From Candidatus Peribacteria bacterium (GTDB taxonomy: Bacteria > Patescibacteriota > Gracilibacteria > Peribacterales > Peribacteraceae), in NCBI GenBank assembly GCA_016866875.1, contig VGKY01000002.1:31688-95687 (forward strand): a stretch of DNA of 64,000 bases, in the 5' to 3' direction. This document shows, one piece after another, positions 18,351-27,931 of this stretch. A program made the translations under genes and the position numbers. The notes beneath the pieces were generated by a model that saw only the letters and a list, made by a program, of their open reading frames with translations, was not told where the DNA came from and did not search any database. Every line of letters starts with the position of its first letter. The stretch's first letter is position 1.

Positions 18351-18589
18351 ATGCTCCCCTATGACGTCTATATCGTGAATGCTCCGACGGGTCTTACTAC
18401 ACGGGAGTGAACAATGATGTGGAGCGTAGAGTTGGAGAGCACAACGAAGGCACAGACCCGAAGGCGTACACCTTCAAACGTCGACCGGTGACATTGGTCT
18501 ACGTATCGGACTTCGGGGACATATGGCAAGCCATCGATTATTATCTCAATGCATCAACCAGACACATTACGATCTCTACCGCAACATAG
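18351..18589 (+). pseudogene. GIY-YIG nuclease family gene, frameshifted
   Basis: Frame a: MLPYDVYIVNAPTGLTTRE-stop carries the GIY-like block. Another frame continues ECSDGSYYTGVNNDVERRVGEHNEG...RRPVTLVY (YIG block and conserved Arg/Glu). The usual C-terminal block is absent. Confidence 0.6.
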
Positions 18590-18591
18590 CA

Positions 18592-18664
18592 TGTCATGCT
18601 GAGCGTAGTCGAAGCAAGACACGCTACATTCTGCGACGTCCCTCGACTACGCTCGGGATGACAC
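18592..18664. repeat. palindromic element family A, copy 1
   Basis: TGTCATGCTGAGCGTAGTCGAAGC...CCTCGACTACGCTCGGGATGACA. The arms are reverse complements. Confidence 0.9.
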
Positions 18665-18667
18665 AGA

Positions 18668-19243
18668 ATGTACAGTAGCACTATGCCTTCCATCACTGCC
18701 GGCATCGACGAAGCGGGTAGAGGGCCTCTTGCAGGCCCTGTCGTTGCTGCTGCCTGTATCCTTCCCACTGGCACCACTGCCCCCTCCTTCATTCGTGACA
18801 GCAAAGCTCTCGAAGCAAACCAGAGGGAAGAGGCGTTTGCGTGGGTGCAGGAGCACTGCTGTGTGGGCATCGGTCTCAGTAGCGCATCCTTTATCGACCG
18901 CTTCGGGATCCTCGCCGCAACCGAGCGCGCGATGCAGCAGGCAGTTTCTATGCTTGCACTCGCAAAACGGCCGACGTACCTCCTCGTCGATGGCAGAGAC
19001 AAGTTTTGGTTTGATTACCCGCATAGCTCTATCATCAAGGGCGATATGCTCGAGCCCTGCATCTCAGCAGCCTCCATCATCGCGAAAGTCACCCGCGACC
19101 ATATGATGCGCGAGGCCGATAAGGCGTTTCCAGGATATGGCTTTGTGAGACACAAGGGGTATGGGTCAGAGGAGCATTATGCGATGCTCCGTAAGCTCGG
19201 AATGTGTGCAATCCATAGGAAAAGCTTTACTCGGCTGAGATGA
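18668..19243 (+). CDS. rnhB: ribonuclease HII
   Basis: AGIDEAGRGPLAGPVVAAA, LVDG, ASIIAKVTRD, GYGS. Confidence 0.85.
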   Translation: MYSSTMPSITAGIDEAGRGPLAGPVVAAACILPTGTTAPSFIRDSKALEANQREEAFAWVQEHCCVGIGLSSASFIDRFGILAATERAMQQAVSMLALAKRPTYLLVDGRDKFWFDYPHSSIIKGDMLEPCISAASIIAKVTRDHMMREADKAFPGYGFVRHKGYGSEEHYAMLRKLGMCAIHRKSFTRLR

Positions 19244-19266
19244 AACTCAAGCTTTCCATGTAACAA

Positions 19267-20052
19267 TCATTGTACTCTCGGTTTTCTGCCAAAATACAAG
19301 ACAAAGAGTCCTCCAATCACAATCGGCACCGAGTACACCTGCCCTCTGGTGAGGATCATCGGACCGATGATGAGCGCTGTGTGCGTCGGCTCTCGGAGGA
19401 ATTCCAATGCGAAGCGCAGCACTCCGTACAGTATCAGAAAGATTCCCGCAGTCTGTCCTTGGGACTTCATTGGCAATCGCAAATGAAGGAAGCAGACCCC
19501 TGCAATGAAGAGATCCTTCAACACGGCATAGAGCTGGGTAGGGTGCCGTAGTCCTTCTACGCCGGGGATCGCAATACCCCACGGGAGTGTAGTAGGAATG
19601 CCGTACAACTCCTGATTGATAAAGTTTCCCAGTCTCCCCAGAGCGAGTCCGATCGCCACCGGAACGACGACGATATCCCCGAGGGCAAGCAAGGAAATCT
19701 TGTGCTTCCGTGCCGAGAAGATGAGCGACAGGATCACGCCGATGAATCCTCCATGACTCGCCATGCCTCCTTTCCACACGGCAAGCACCTCTAGAGGATG
19801 CATGAGATAGTATCCAGGATCGTAGAAGAGCACATAGCCAAGGCGCCCTCCGAGAAGCACGCCCAGCACGCCCCACGCGAGGATATCTCCCCAGGCATCG
19901 CTATCGAGGCTGAGGCCACGGTACTTCTGCAGTCGGGGAAGGAGCAGGTAGGCAACGAGAAATCCTGCAAGGTACAGGAGTCCGTACCAGTGCACGTCGA
20001 AGCCAAAAACAGAAATTGCGACGGCGCGGGAGGGGAAGAGCGAAAGCATCAC
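19267..20052 (-). CDS. lgt: prolipoprotein diacylglyceryl transferase
   Basis: HWYGLLYLAGFLVAY, GGRLGYVLFY, WKGGMASHGG, GRLGNFINQELYG, HPTQLY. Confidence 0.9.
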   Translation of the reverse strand: MMLSLFPSRAVAISVFGFDVHWYGLLYLAGFLVAYLLLPRLQKYRGLSLDSDAWGDILAWGVLGVLLGGRLGYVLFYDPGYYLMHPLEVLAVWKGGMASHGGFIGVILSLIFSARKHKISLLALGDIVVVPVAIGLALGRLGNFINQELYGIPTTLPWGIAIPGVEGLRHPTQLYAVLKDLFIAGVCFLHLRLPMKSQGQTAGIFLILYGVLRFALEFLREPTHTALIIGPMILTRGQVYSVPIVIGGLFVLYFGRKPRVQ

Positions 20053-20075
20053 TATGGATCATAGCATTCATTGCA

Positions 20076-20174
20076 TGTCACGCTGAGCGTAGTCGAAGCG
20101 CGGCATGCAATGATCACGTGTCTCCTTCGACCCGTCCGAGTCGTCGGCCGAGGCGGGCTACGCTCAGGATGACA
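20076..20174. repeat. palindromic element family A, copy 2 (longer, right arm interrupted)
   Basis: TGTCACGCTGAGCGTAGTCGAAGCG...GGCTACGCTCAGGATGACA, located between lgt and the upstream membrane protein gene. Confidence 0.85.
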
Positions 20175-20187
20175 CACATTGAATGTG

Positions 20188-21642
20188 CTAATTCCCGCAC
20201 ATCGACTCCATCACCCACTCCCCTCTCTTCTGCAGACAAGGATCACCGTAGAAGCCTTTTACATACTCCCCGTAGTGATCGGTGAAGAGCGGTGTGAGGA
20301 CGAAGAGTGTTCCTTGGGGAAGACCGAAGAGGAGCAATCTGCGTTCCTCATGTGTGCCGTAGAGAAACTGCCCCCACTGGTCCTTGGTCCAACCGGGGAG
20401 ATCAAAGATGCCCGGACCACCGATAGTGCGCTCAGGAAGCCAGCCGAGGAGCCACGGCGCTCCGGCATTGTCGAGAGCAATCACTGGTGCAGACCCGGTA
20501 GAAACCTCGAGGGCGGAGGACTGAATCGCCCAGTAGGTATCCATATTGATGACGGGCACGCGCTCCCACGCGACACGGAAAGATATCGCCCCCTGAGCGA
20601 TGAGGAGCACTACGAGTGCGGCACGCAGTGCCGGCAAGCGCAAGCGCCTCCAGAGATCCTGCATGGCAATCGCAGCAAAGGGCAGGAGGAAGAAATCGCA
20701 CTGGAGAAAAAAGCGGCGATAGAACACGAGGCGAAAGATGATGAAGGGAAGTGTCCAGAGGACGGCAAGCTGCCACAGACTCCCCTTCTCCTTGCGCAGA
20801 GAAAGGAGAAATCCCCAGACACCGAGAGACAGAAGAATACCCGTCGTGCGAAGGTAGAAAACAGGATCGGGGAAAGAGCCACCCGGTGCGAGATCGCCGC
20901 GCAACTTGTAGATACTTGTGAAGGGATCGCGCACCGCCGCCGTCCAGTGCGGAAGGTAGAGGAGCAAGCTGAGGAGTGCGATCACTGCAAGAAATCCTCC
21001 CGTCATCCAGAGGCGACGGTCATACGGGCGAGAGCGCAGAGAGATCAGCCACCAAGAGCCGATGGTCAAGCCGAGGAGGAGCCCTGTCTGATGGTGGATG
21101 ATGAGCGCAAGGAATGCGAAGAGCGGCGCAAGCTTCGAGCGCCTCTCGAGAGCTCCGAAGGTGAAGATGGTGAAGAGCAGTGCGGCGTACGTCTTCCAGT
21201 ACATACCGACGAAACCATCGTAAAAGGGTAGCGAAAGGGCAGCTGCGAGAAGCACGAAGATACCAACGGCTCTCTCCTCCCTTCGGGAAAATTCCGCAGC
21301 AAGGGCAAGAGCGAGAACAATGGGGACAAAGTTCCACATCCAACCGAGGAGCCACTCAACCGGTGCACCGATCCTGAGGAGTGGTGCAGCAAGCAAAAAG
21401 AGTCCGGGAGGGTGCTCCCCTGCCCACCGCGGCAAGTCCGGAAGCAACGGAAAGCTCTCTGCGTACTTCAGAAAGAGGAAACGATAGATGCCCGGGTCAT
21501 ACCCGAGAGGGATGGGAAAGCGGAAAAAGGGCGTGAAAAACTTGATCGTGAGAAGCGCAAGAAGCACGTACCAAGCAATGACCGGCATGACCTTACGCAT
21601 GTTCGAGGAATGTAGCGGCATCCCCGATATGATAGAGGGCAA
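20188..21642 (-). CDS. polytopic membrane protein, GT-C/ArnT-PMT-like glycosyltransferase (putative)
   Basis: More than 10 hydrophobic segments, with a soluble C-terminal about 120 aa. No sharp motif recognised. An alternative start at MRKVMPVIAW is possible. Confidence 0.4.
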   Translation of the reverse strand: MPSIISGMPLHSSNMRKVMPVIAWYVLLALLTIKFFTPFFRFPIPLGYDPGIYRFLFLKYAESFPLLPDLPRWAGEHPPGLFLLAAPLLRIGAPVEWLLGWMWNFVPIVLALALAAEFSRREERAVGIFVLLAAALSLPFYDGFVGMYWKTYAALLFTIFTFGALERRSKLAPLFAFLALIIHHQTGLLLGLTIGSWWLISLRSRPYDRRLWMTGGFLAVIALLSLLLYLPHWTAAVRDPFTSIYKLRGDLAPGGSFPDPVFYLRTTGILLSLGVWGFLLSLRKEKGSLWQLAVLWTLPFIIFRLVFYRRFFLQCDFFLLPFAAIAMQDLWRRLRLPALRAALVVLLIAQGAISFRVAWERVPVINMDTYWAIQSSALEVSTGSAPVIALDNAGAPWLLGWLPERTIGGPGIFDLPGWTKDQWGQFLYGTHEERRLLLFGLPQGTLFVLTPLFTDHYGEYVKGFYGDPCLQKRGEWVMESMCGN

Positions 21643-21678
21643 TGAGAAACGAGCAACTGGAGCGCCCGACGCCTGTGC

Positions 21679-22425
21679 TCACGAAGCACTCTGCAGGAGC
21701 TTCGCACGCACCACAAAACGCTCTTTCGTGGTCCCGACGGGATAGCACGTGATGACCGTGAGCGTATCATCATCCATCTCCTTCAGATCGAGGATGGAGG
21801 TGTCTGACGAGGAAACGATGAAGGTATCGGTGACGGAGTACCGGTAGGGGGATCCTGCAACAGTCAACACAATCTCCTGACCGATGCCGATCGTCGGGAG
21901 ACGTGCGAAGACCGATCCGAACCTGCTCCCTTGCGATTCCTGCGTTGGAGGACTGCTGTGACCTGCAATCACCAGAGGTCCATGTCCGGGAAAGGACGAG
22001 TGCGGATACGCAACGGTCCCCCGCAGGAGCGCGGCCTGCATCTGTTGCTCGAGGAGGCTCCAGTAAGCGCGATCCCAGTATTGACGCGACGGCAGGATCA
22101 CCGGTGCACGAACCGCAAGGTCCGGAACGGAAATGGTGTACGCCGTACGCAGGCCCCACTGATCCATCTCCCGTTCATCTTTCGAAACTTCGGATGTCGA
22201 GGTGGCACGAGGCGATGGGGCAACCGCTGCAGGTTGAGGGGGTGCGGCATGAAGGAGGACATTTGGTGTTGGCTCGGGATCAAGGGAACGCTCTTGTGCC
22301 GGAGACGCAACGACCACGTCTGCAGGCATATTTCCAAAGACGAGGTGCATAGTTATCGCCGAGATAGTGGCCGAGCACAGCAAAGCTATGGCAAAGGCGT
22401 AAAGGATCCTCTTTTGTTTGTGCAT
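21679..22425 (-). CDS. sortase family transpeptidase
   Basis: N-terminal TM anchor, LVIAGHSS (catalytic His region), TLTVITCYP (TLxTC Cys motif), RFVVRA (Arg). Confidence 0.75.
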   Translation of the reverse strand: MHKQKRILYAFAIALLCSATISAITMHLVFGNMPADVVVASPAQERSLDPEPTPNVLLHAAPPQPAAVAPSPRATSTSEVSKDEREMDQWGLRTAYTISVPDLAVRAPVILPSRQYWDRAYWSLLEQQMQAALLRGTVAYPHSSFPGHGPLVIAGHSSPPTQESQGSRFGSVFARLPTIGIGQEIVLTVAGSPYRYSVTDTFIVSSSDTSILDLKEMDDDTLTVITCYPVGTTKERFVVRAKLLQSAS

Positions 22426-22446
22426 TATTGTTATTTTATACTACTT

Positions 22447-22474
22447 TTGACAATTTGTCTATTAATCGTATAAC
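22447..22474 (+). promoter_or_regulatory. sigma-70-like promoter candidate upstream of tsaD
   Basis: TTGACA (22447-22452), 16-nt spacer, TATAAC (22469-22474). About 90 nt upstream of the tsaD ATG. Confidence 0.4.
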
Positions 22475-22565
22475 AAATATTATACGGCCTACACCCTACG
22501 CCCTACCCCCTATTCCCTACCTCTTCCCCCTACTCCCTCCTTCCTTCATCACCTATCCTGCCCGC

Positions 22566-23639
22566 ATGCGAATCCTCGGTATAGAGACATCCTGCGACGA
22601 AACCTCTGCGGCAATCGTTGAGGGTGGCACCCTTGTCCGAAGTTGCGTCATCACATCGCAGCGAGCACTCTTCGCATCGACTGGAGGCGTGATCCCTGAA
22701 CAGGCGGCACGCGAGCAGGTGCAATGCATGCAACCGGTGCTCGCGGCTTGTCTACAGGAAGCAAGGCTGACGATACCGGAGATTGACGCCATCGCCGTGA
22801 CAAGCGGCCCCGGACTCATGGGATCACTGCTCGTGGGTACAGTATCCGCACGTGCGCTCGCGGCACTGCATAGAAAACCGCTCATCGGCGTCCACCACAC
22901 GCTCGGCCACTTAAGCTCCACGTGGCTCCTTGCGGATCATGATGACAAGCAAAATATCAAAGATGCACCGTGCCCTGAGCCCCTCTCCTCCTGCTCGTTT
23001 CCGATGCTGACTCTCTCCGCTTCCGGCGGTCATACCGACCTGTGGTACAGGACGAAGCATACCCGGGGAATACTCCTCGGCTCGACGCGCGACGATGCCG
23101 CGGGCGAGGCCTTCGATAAAGGCGCGTCGCTGCTTGGACTCCCCTACCCCGGCGGCCCCTCGATTGCGAAAGCTGCTGAGCACGGTAACCCACAGGAGTT
23201 TGCCTTCCCCCTTCCGCTACACGATGACCCGTCGCTCGACTTCAGCTTCTCCGGGCTCAAGACCGCACTGCGGTACACGCTCGAAGATCAGCAGGAGAAT
23301 GCCTTGCGATTATCCGACCTTGCCGCCTCCTACCAGCACGCAATATGCGCGCACCTCGTTGACCGCATCACGCGCGCTCTCCACCGCCACCCCGACAGCA
23401 GAGAGGTTCACATCGTCGGCGGAGTTTCGGCAAACACGTACCTCCGCAACATGCTTCGAGCATCGCTTGGGCGCCGCATCGTAGTCCGCTGGCCGGAGAA
23501 GCTCCTCTACTGCACAGATAACGCGGCGATGATCGCGGCTGCAGGAGAGTTCCTCGTCCAAGAACGTGGAGAAGACGCATACGAACCATTTGAGACAGTA
23601 GCATCGCTACCGCTCTCCACGGCGATACATCACCACTAG
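22566..23639 (+). CDS. tsaD: tRNA N6-adenosine threonylcarbamoyltransferase
   Basis: MRILGIETSCDETSAAIV, GVHHTLGHL, SGGHT, GEAFDK, GGVSAN. The start was moved to the conserved MRILGIETSCDE. The longer ORF 22428 begins in a CT-rich leader. Confidence 0.9.
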   Translation: MRILGIETSCDETSAAIVEGGTLVRSCVITSQRALFASTGGVIPEQAAREQVQCMQPVLAACLQEARLTIPEIDAIAVTSGPGLMGSLLVGTVSARALAALHRKPLIGVHHTLGHLSSTWLLADHDDKQNIKDAPCPEPLSSCSFPMLTLSASGGHTDLWYRTKHTRGILLGSTRDDAAGEAFDKGASLLGLPYPGGPSIAKAAEHGNPQEFAFPLPLHDDPSLDFSFSGLKTALRYTLEDQQENALRLSDLAASYQHAICAHLVDRITRALHRHPDSREVHIVGGVSANTYLRNMLRASLGRRIVVRWPEKLLYCTDNAAMIAAAGEFLVQERGEDAYEPFETVASLPLSTAIHHH

Positions 23640-23734
23640 GCGAATGCCGGAAGGATAGCGCCGAGAAGGATACCAACGAGTCCGAATATCGCGAGGATTT
23701 TCACGGGAGTGGATTTCTTCATGAGGGAAAAGGG

Positions 23735-25771
23735 TTAGGGCTCGATGGAAATTTGCTGCGACGTCGTGCTGCGTGCCCCTGTCGAGTCCTGCACCGTCAG
23801 GGTAACGTCATAGACTCCAGGTTGCTCGAAGACGTGCACAACACGGGTGGCAAGATCATCGCTCTGGGAGCCGTCATCGAAATCCCAGACAATCTTTTCA
23901 AGGTACCCCGAACTACAGGAACGATCGAAGGAAACACCGAAGGGTTTCCCCCCCATCTTGCCGACTTTGCGGCTCGGGATGAAGCATGCATCAAGGCGAG
24001 GGGGCAGAACGACGACGGTGCTAGAGGATTCATAGGTTTCGTCCGTCGTCGTGTAGACAATGAGCTTCACCGGGTACTTTCCCGGCTTCTCGAATGTGTT
24101 CTCCTCAATGGCAATTCCCTGCTTGCGGGTAATGCCCGTCGACTGATCCCCGAAGATCCATTCAAAGCCAGAAATAGTCTTTCCGGGGATGACGGTCTGC
24201 GATGCATCGAAGCGAACTTTGAAGGGCGCCACGCCGCTCTTCTTGTCCATCTGGAACGTCACAACAGAGGATGGAGGTTTGACCTCGACCGCGATGGGCA
24301 GGCGCATGGCCTTACCCTCGGGATCACTGCCCAGAAGCGTCAGCCTATACGTACCCGGGTATCGGTAGATCGCTTGGAGGGCATTTTCGGCAGATCCGAC
24401 ACTTGTGGCACCCGGGGCCTCCCAGGAGAAGTCGATGAGCGGCAATGTCGTGTTCGGAGTGATGCTGATACTCAAGGGGGCCTCACCGGTGATCTTGTTT
24501 CCTACAACAGCGGGAAACCCATCGAAGGTGAGATCGGGAATGCGCAGGATCTCGACGATCTGAACCAAGGCAGATGCCTCCGCAGTATCACCGGTCTTCG
24601 ATCTCGCTCGCGCAGTCACGCGAAACGACCCTATAACGTCAAACGTGTGACCCACCCTGTGCTGATCAACCGTTTTGACGATAGGAGATTTATCGGCAAA
24701 GTCCCACTCGACCTCACGGAGAGGCTCATCGGTCGTGAGCGTAAAGATCGTGCCGAATGGAGGCGGGCTGAGCAGTTTTTTGGGCTCCGAGACGAGGAGG
24801 ATATCGAAAGGCTGCGGTGGGGGATCCCGCACTTCAATGTCACGACGAAAGGTCTGCTGGGTCTGATTTTCCTGCAGTACGACAGCAGATACACGGTGCA
24901 CTCCCGTACGCGAGAAGATGTGGGTGACCTTGGAATCGGTCCGAATCTCGTCGACTTTGCCGTCATCGTCAAAATCCCAGCGGACCTCACGGATCATTTC
25001 CGTGTCCGCAACGAGATTCTCAACGCTGAAGGTCACAGGCTGATCCACAATCGGCTCTACGGGATCTACAGAATAGACTGCCTTCGGGATCACCACCCTT
25101 CTCGCAACGCGACGGGCCGATCCATCGACAAGAGTGATATCAACGGAAACCCCATATGCACCCGATCGGCCGAAGTAGGCCGTAATCTGTGGATCCAACG
25201 TTTCTTCGTTGGTCTTCCCGTCACCATCGAGATCCCAGAAGTAGCTGATGGGCTGGAGTCCCTTTCGCGCGAGGACGGCAAGCGCGCGGTCGACGCTGAA
25301 AGTGATCGCCACGGGAGCAACGAGATCCACGCCATCTTCCGGACTGAACTTTACGATATCGAGCGGCAGCGCAGGCTCGCGGACAATCATCACCGGAGTT
25401 GCAAGACTGAGGAGAAATGCAGGGGTGAGAAAAAGCGTAATTCTGCCAATAGCATTGGCCTTGCCGTAGCGCGTGGCCGTGCGATCCTTGAGTGCATGAC
25501 GGGACGTAGTCGCCATCATCCCCACAATGAGGAGCAGCACCATCCCGGAGGAGGCAAACGTCAGGGGAATCAGATTCTGATGTGTACCGGCGATATTGGG
25601 AAGGACGGAAAGGACGTACAGACACCAAGCAAGGTACGCGAAGTAGGGAATCAGGGCGCAGACAAAGATCGCGCGCACAGCGCGCATGCGGACATGCGGT
25701 GGCACCATCTGGGGCTGCGGCACCGGCGGCGTGGGACTCACGGCATCGACATTCTGTGGGGACTCGGTCAC
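23735..25771 (-). CDS. membrane-anchored PKD-repeat protein
   Basis: N-terminal TM segments, then repeated PKD-type modules with WDLDGDGKTNE, WDFDDDGKVD, WDFADKS, WIFGDQS, WDFDDGSQSDD. Confidence 0.7.
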   Translation of the reverse strand: MTESPQNVDAVSPTPPVPQPQMVPPHVRMRAVRAIFVCALIPYFAYLAWCLYVLSVLPNIAGTHQNLIPLTFASSGMVLLLIVGMMATTSRHALKDRTATRYGKANAIGRITLFLTPAFLLSLATPVMIVREPALPLDIVKFSPEDGVDLVAPVAITFSVDRALAVLARKGLQPISYFWDLDGDGKTNEETLDPQITAYFGRSGAYGVSVDITLVDGSARRVARRVVIPKAVYSVDPVEPIVDQPVTFSVENLVADTEMIREVRWDFDDDGKVDEIRTDSKVTHIFSRTGVHRVSAVVLQENQTQQTFRRDIEVRDPPPQPFDILLVSEPKKLLSPPPFGTIFTLTTDEPLREVEWDFADKSPIVKTVDQHRVGHTFDVIGSFRVTARARSKTGDTAEASALVQIVEILRIPDLTFDGFPAVVGNKITGEAPLSISITPNTTLPLIDFSWEAPGATSVGSAENALQAIYRYPGTYRLTLLGSDPEGKAMRLPIAVEVKPPSSVVTFQMDKKSGVAPFKVRFDASQTVIPGKTISGFEWIFGDQSTGITRKQGIAIEENTFEKPGKYPVKLIVYTTTDETYESSSTVVVLPPRLDACFIPSRKVGKMGGKPFGVSFDRSCSSGYLEKIVWDFDDGSQSDDLATRVVHVFEQPGVYDVTLTVQDSTGARSTTSQQISIEP

Positions 25772-26757
25772 TCGCTGGGGGGGGAGATAGCAGTGCGAGC
25801 GTGCTCATCGATCGCGGAGCGGATATCGCTCTCGGGTATGGGCAAGACCCCATCCTTCGCCTGAGCAGCGGGAACCAGTGTAGCACCACTTGGGAAGGGC
25901 CGGGCATCGGGGGGAATCTCTACGGGGGCAGCAGACCCAAATTGCGAGAGCTTTACAGAGATCTCTGCGCGCGCAACGGAACCCTCGGGCAGAGTGAGAG
26001 AAGGTATTTCCCACCGCACCTGCATCACCCGGAAATCTTTTGCAGAGATCCAGAGCTCACCCGTAGCCTGGAGCAAATGGATCTCCCTTCGAACTTTCTG
26101 CTCTTCAAACGGGTCACCCCGCTCCTCTGCCAAATCCCGGAGATACACAATGAGACGCTCCGGATCGAGTGCCACGCCGTAGTGGTAAGTCGGCTCACCA
26201 GAGAGACGCTCGACCCCTAACTCCCGCGTGACGCGGACAACGCTGGCTTGGGACTGCAAGAGTCGCGCGCTCGGTGCGACGGAGATTTCATCGCCACCAT
26301 CTTCCTTGGCAATCATCCACCACGCACCGGCAATTGACTGTATGACCGCAGGATCGAGGAGTCCGGCATCAGCGGGATCCGTCTGTAGGGCGCGCACGAA
26401 GAAGTAGAAGCGCTGAGCGGCGATGGAGACCGTATCGACGATGGCGTGGAGCGACTGCTCCGCACCCTCTGCATCACGATACCGCACAGTGGTGTCGATA
26501 GCGGCGCTCACGATTCTTCCGCCGTCATTGAGTGCACCCTCTATACGCATCACGCCGCCACCGTTACCAAATAGTCCGCCTCCGTACGCAAACGTGACAT
26601 CCGCCTGGTACGCAGCGGAAGTGAGCACCGCGCCTGCCGTAACAGCGTTCTGCAATACCTGCTCCGCGGGAAACGCCGGCACATCTGCCCTGCAAGCAAC
26701 GAGTGCGAGGGCGACGAGAGGGAACAGGGTTCTCCTGCGCGACATGGCCCCAAGCAT
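25768..26757 (-). CDS. lipoprotein, hypothetical
   Basis: Signal with lipobox LVAC. 4-nt overlap with the PKD gene, suggesting an operon. Confidence 0.55.
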   Translation of the reverse strand: MLGAMSRRRTLFPLVALALVACRADVPAFPAEQVLQNAVTAGAVLTSAAYQADVTFAYGGGLFGNGGGVMRIEGALNDGGRIVSAAIDTTVRYRDAEGAEQSLHAIVDTVSIAAQRFYFFVRALQTDPADAGLLDPAVIQSIAGAWWMIAKEDGGDEISVAPSARLLQSQASVVRVTRELGVERLSGEPTYHYGVALDPERLIVYLRDLAEERGDPFEEQKVRREIHLLQATGELWISAKDFRVMQVRWEIPSLTLPEGSVARAEISVKLSQFGSAAPVEIPPDARPFPSGATLVPAAQAKDGVLPIPESDIRSAIDEHARTAISPPSE

Positions 26758-26793
26758 ACTGCAGAACTCGCCCGACGCGAAGGCCTACCTCCT

Positions 26794-27648
26794 TCAGGAG
26801 GCATCCCGCGCCCGGAGATCAGAGGCTTCCTCGACAGTGAAGCGAATCGTGCGCCTTCGAGACGCCCGTACATCGGCGTGAAGTTCAAATATCCGTGAAG
26901 AACCGCGCGAAATCAGCACGGGAGGGTTCAGGCTGAGGCTGACCTTATCCCCTGTCATACGAGGAGCGATAGAAGAGACACGTTGAGCCCTGTTATCGTG
27001 CAGAGAGATATTCTGCAAGTCCGCATTGCGGGCCGATCCCTGGTTGGTGAAAACGACGTGCGTGACTTCTTGGTCCTCCGTACCGCTTGCCGTGAGGCGC
27101 AGGCGGGCAACGACACGATCTGCACCGTACGAGATACGTCGCAGAGCACTCAGAAGGTCGACACTGACGGACCCCACGCTGTAGGGAGCGGTGCGGACCT
27201 TCGTCTGCAGAGACGGAAGCACTGTTATGTTGATAAAAGCGCCCGGGGAGACGATCGGATCGCGATCAACGAGGGAAATCCGGTGCTCCGAAGCGACTTC
27301 TGCGGAAGAAGCGACGTCAGCCAGTATCGAGAGTTCTATCGCTTTACATGCAGGCACCGTGAGTGCCTGGAACCGCAAGGGGATCTCTCCCCGGCGATCC
27401 GGGACAGAAACGCGCGAGACGCGAACGCCGTCCATCTCCGCATAGACTGCTGCGATGTCTGTCGACAGACCGGGACCGGAACGCTTCAGGAGGATCTCCT
27501 CGATAGGAGCGTCCGCCGAACAATCGGCGCGCATGTGAAGAGCAAGTACCGGTACACGTTGGGCTCCGCGAGGAAGTGACCCAACAGCCAATTCCCGGGA
27601 AGTGACCGTCAGTGACGCCAGAGCAGAAAGCAGTAGGACAGGAAGCAC
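26794..27648 (-). CDS. secreted hypothetical protein
   Basis: Signal-like N-terminus MLPVLLLSALASLTVT. Same strand as, and close to, the two downstream genes. Confidence 0.5.
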   Translation of the reverse strand: MLPVLLLSALASLTVTSRELAVGSLPRGAQRVPVLALHMRADCSADAPIEEILLKRSGPGLSTDIAAVYAEMDGVRVSRVSVPDRRGEIPLRFQALTVPACKAIELSILADVASSAEVASEHRISLVDRDPIVSPGAFINITVLPSLQTKVRTAPYSVGSVSVDLLSALRRISYGADRVVARLRLTASGTEDQEVTHVVFTNQGSARNADLQNISLHDNRAQRVSSIAPRMTGDKVSLSLNPPVLISRGSSRIFELHADVRASRRRTIRFTVEEASDLRARDAS

Positions 27649-27703
27649 GGAGGGAGTGTAGCACGCTTACCGACAATGCGGATTTGAGGTATAGTAAACA
27701 GAT

Positions 27704-27907
27704 ATGTCCGGTCCAGAAATGCCTCACGGCCCAGAATGCATTCCTCAAGTATGTAATCCTGCAGAGGCAGCGACCCAGAGGATCGCGCAGCTGAATAGCA
27801 ACATCCTCGGGACTGCACTGGATCTTGCGCCTGCAGTGCTGGGCGTGGGATTGCTCGTGTACGGATTCCGTCAAATGTACAAGTCTACATTTCAGAAGAT
27901 CTCCTGA
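27704..27907 (+). CDS. small membrane protein (hypothetical)
   Basis: 67 aa with one C-terminal TM (ILGTALDLAPAVLGVGLLVYGF). No family recognised. Confidence 0.3.
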   Translation: MSGPEMPHGPECIPQVCNPAEAATQRIAQLNSNILGTALDLAPAVLGVGLLVYGFRQMYKSTFQKIS

Positions 27908-27931
27908 ACTTGGAGTAACGCTCACGGAGGA

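Noticed and set aside
23753-25864. 703-aa ORF antisense to the PKD-repeat gene. Similar long antisense ORFs occur at 20179..21231, 40706..41797, 41933..43174, 6083..7060 and 10260..11106.
   Set aside because: In each case the opposite strand carries a product with clear signal, TM or domain features. The antisense products are Arg/Gly/Asp-rich with no motifs. Long shadow ORFs are expected at this GC content.
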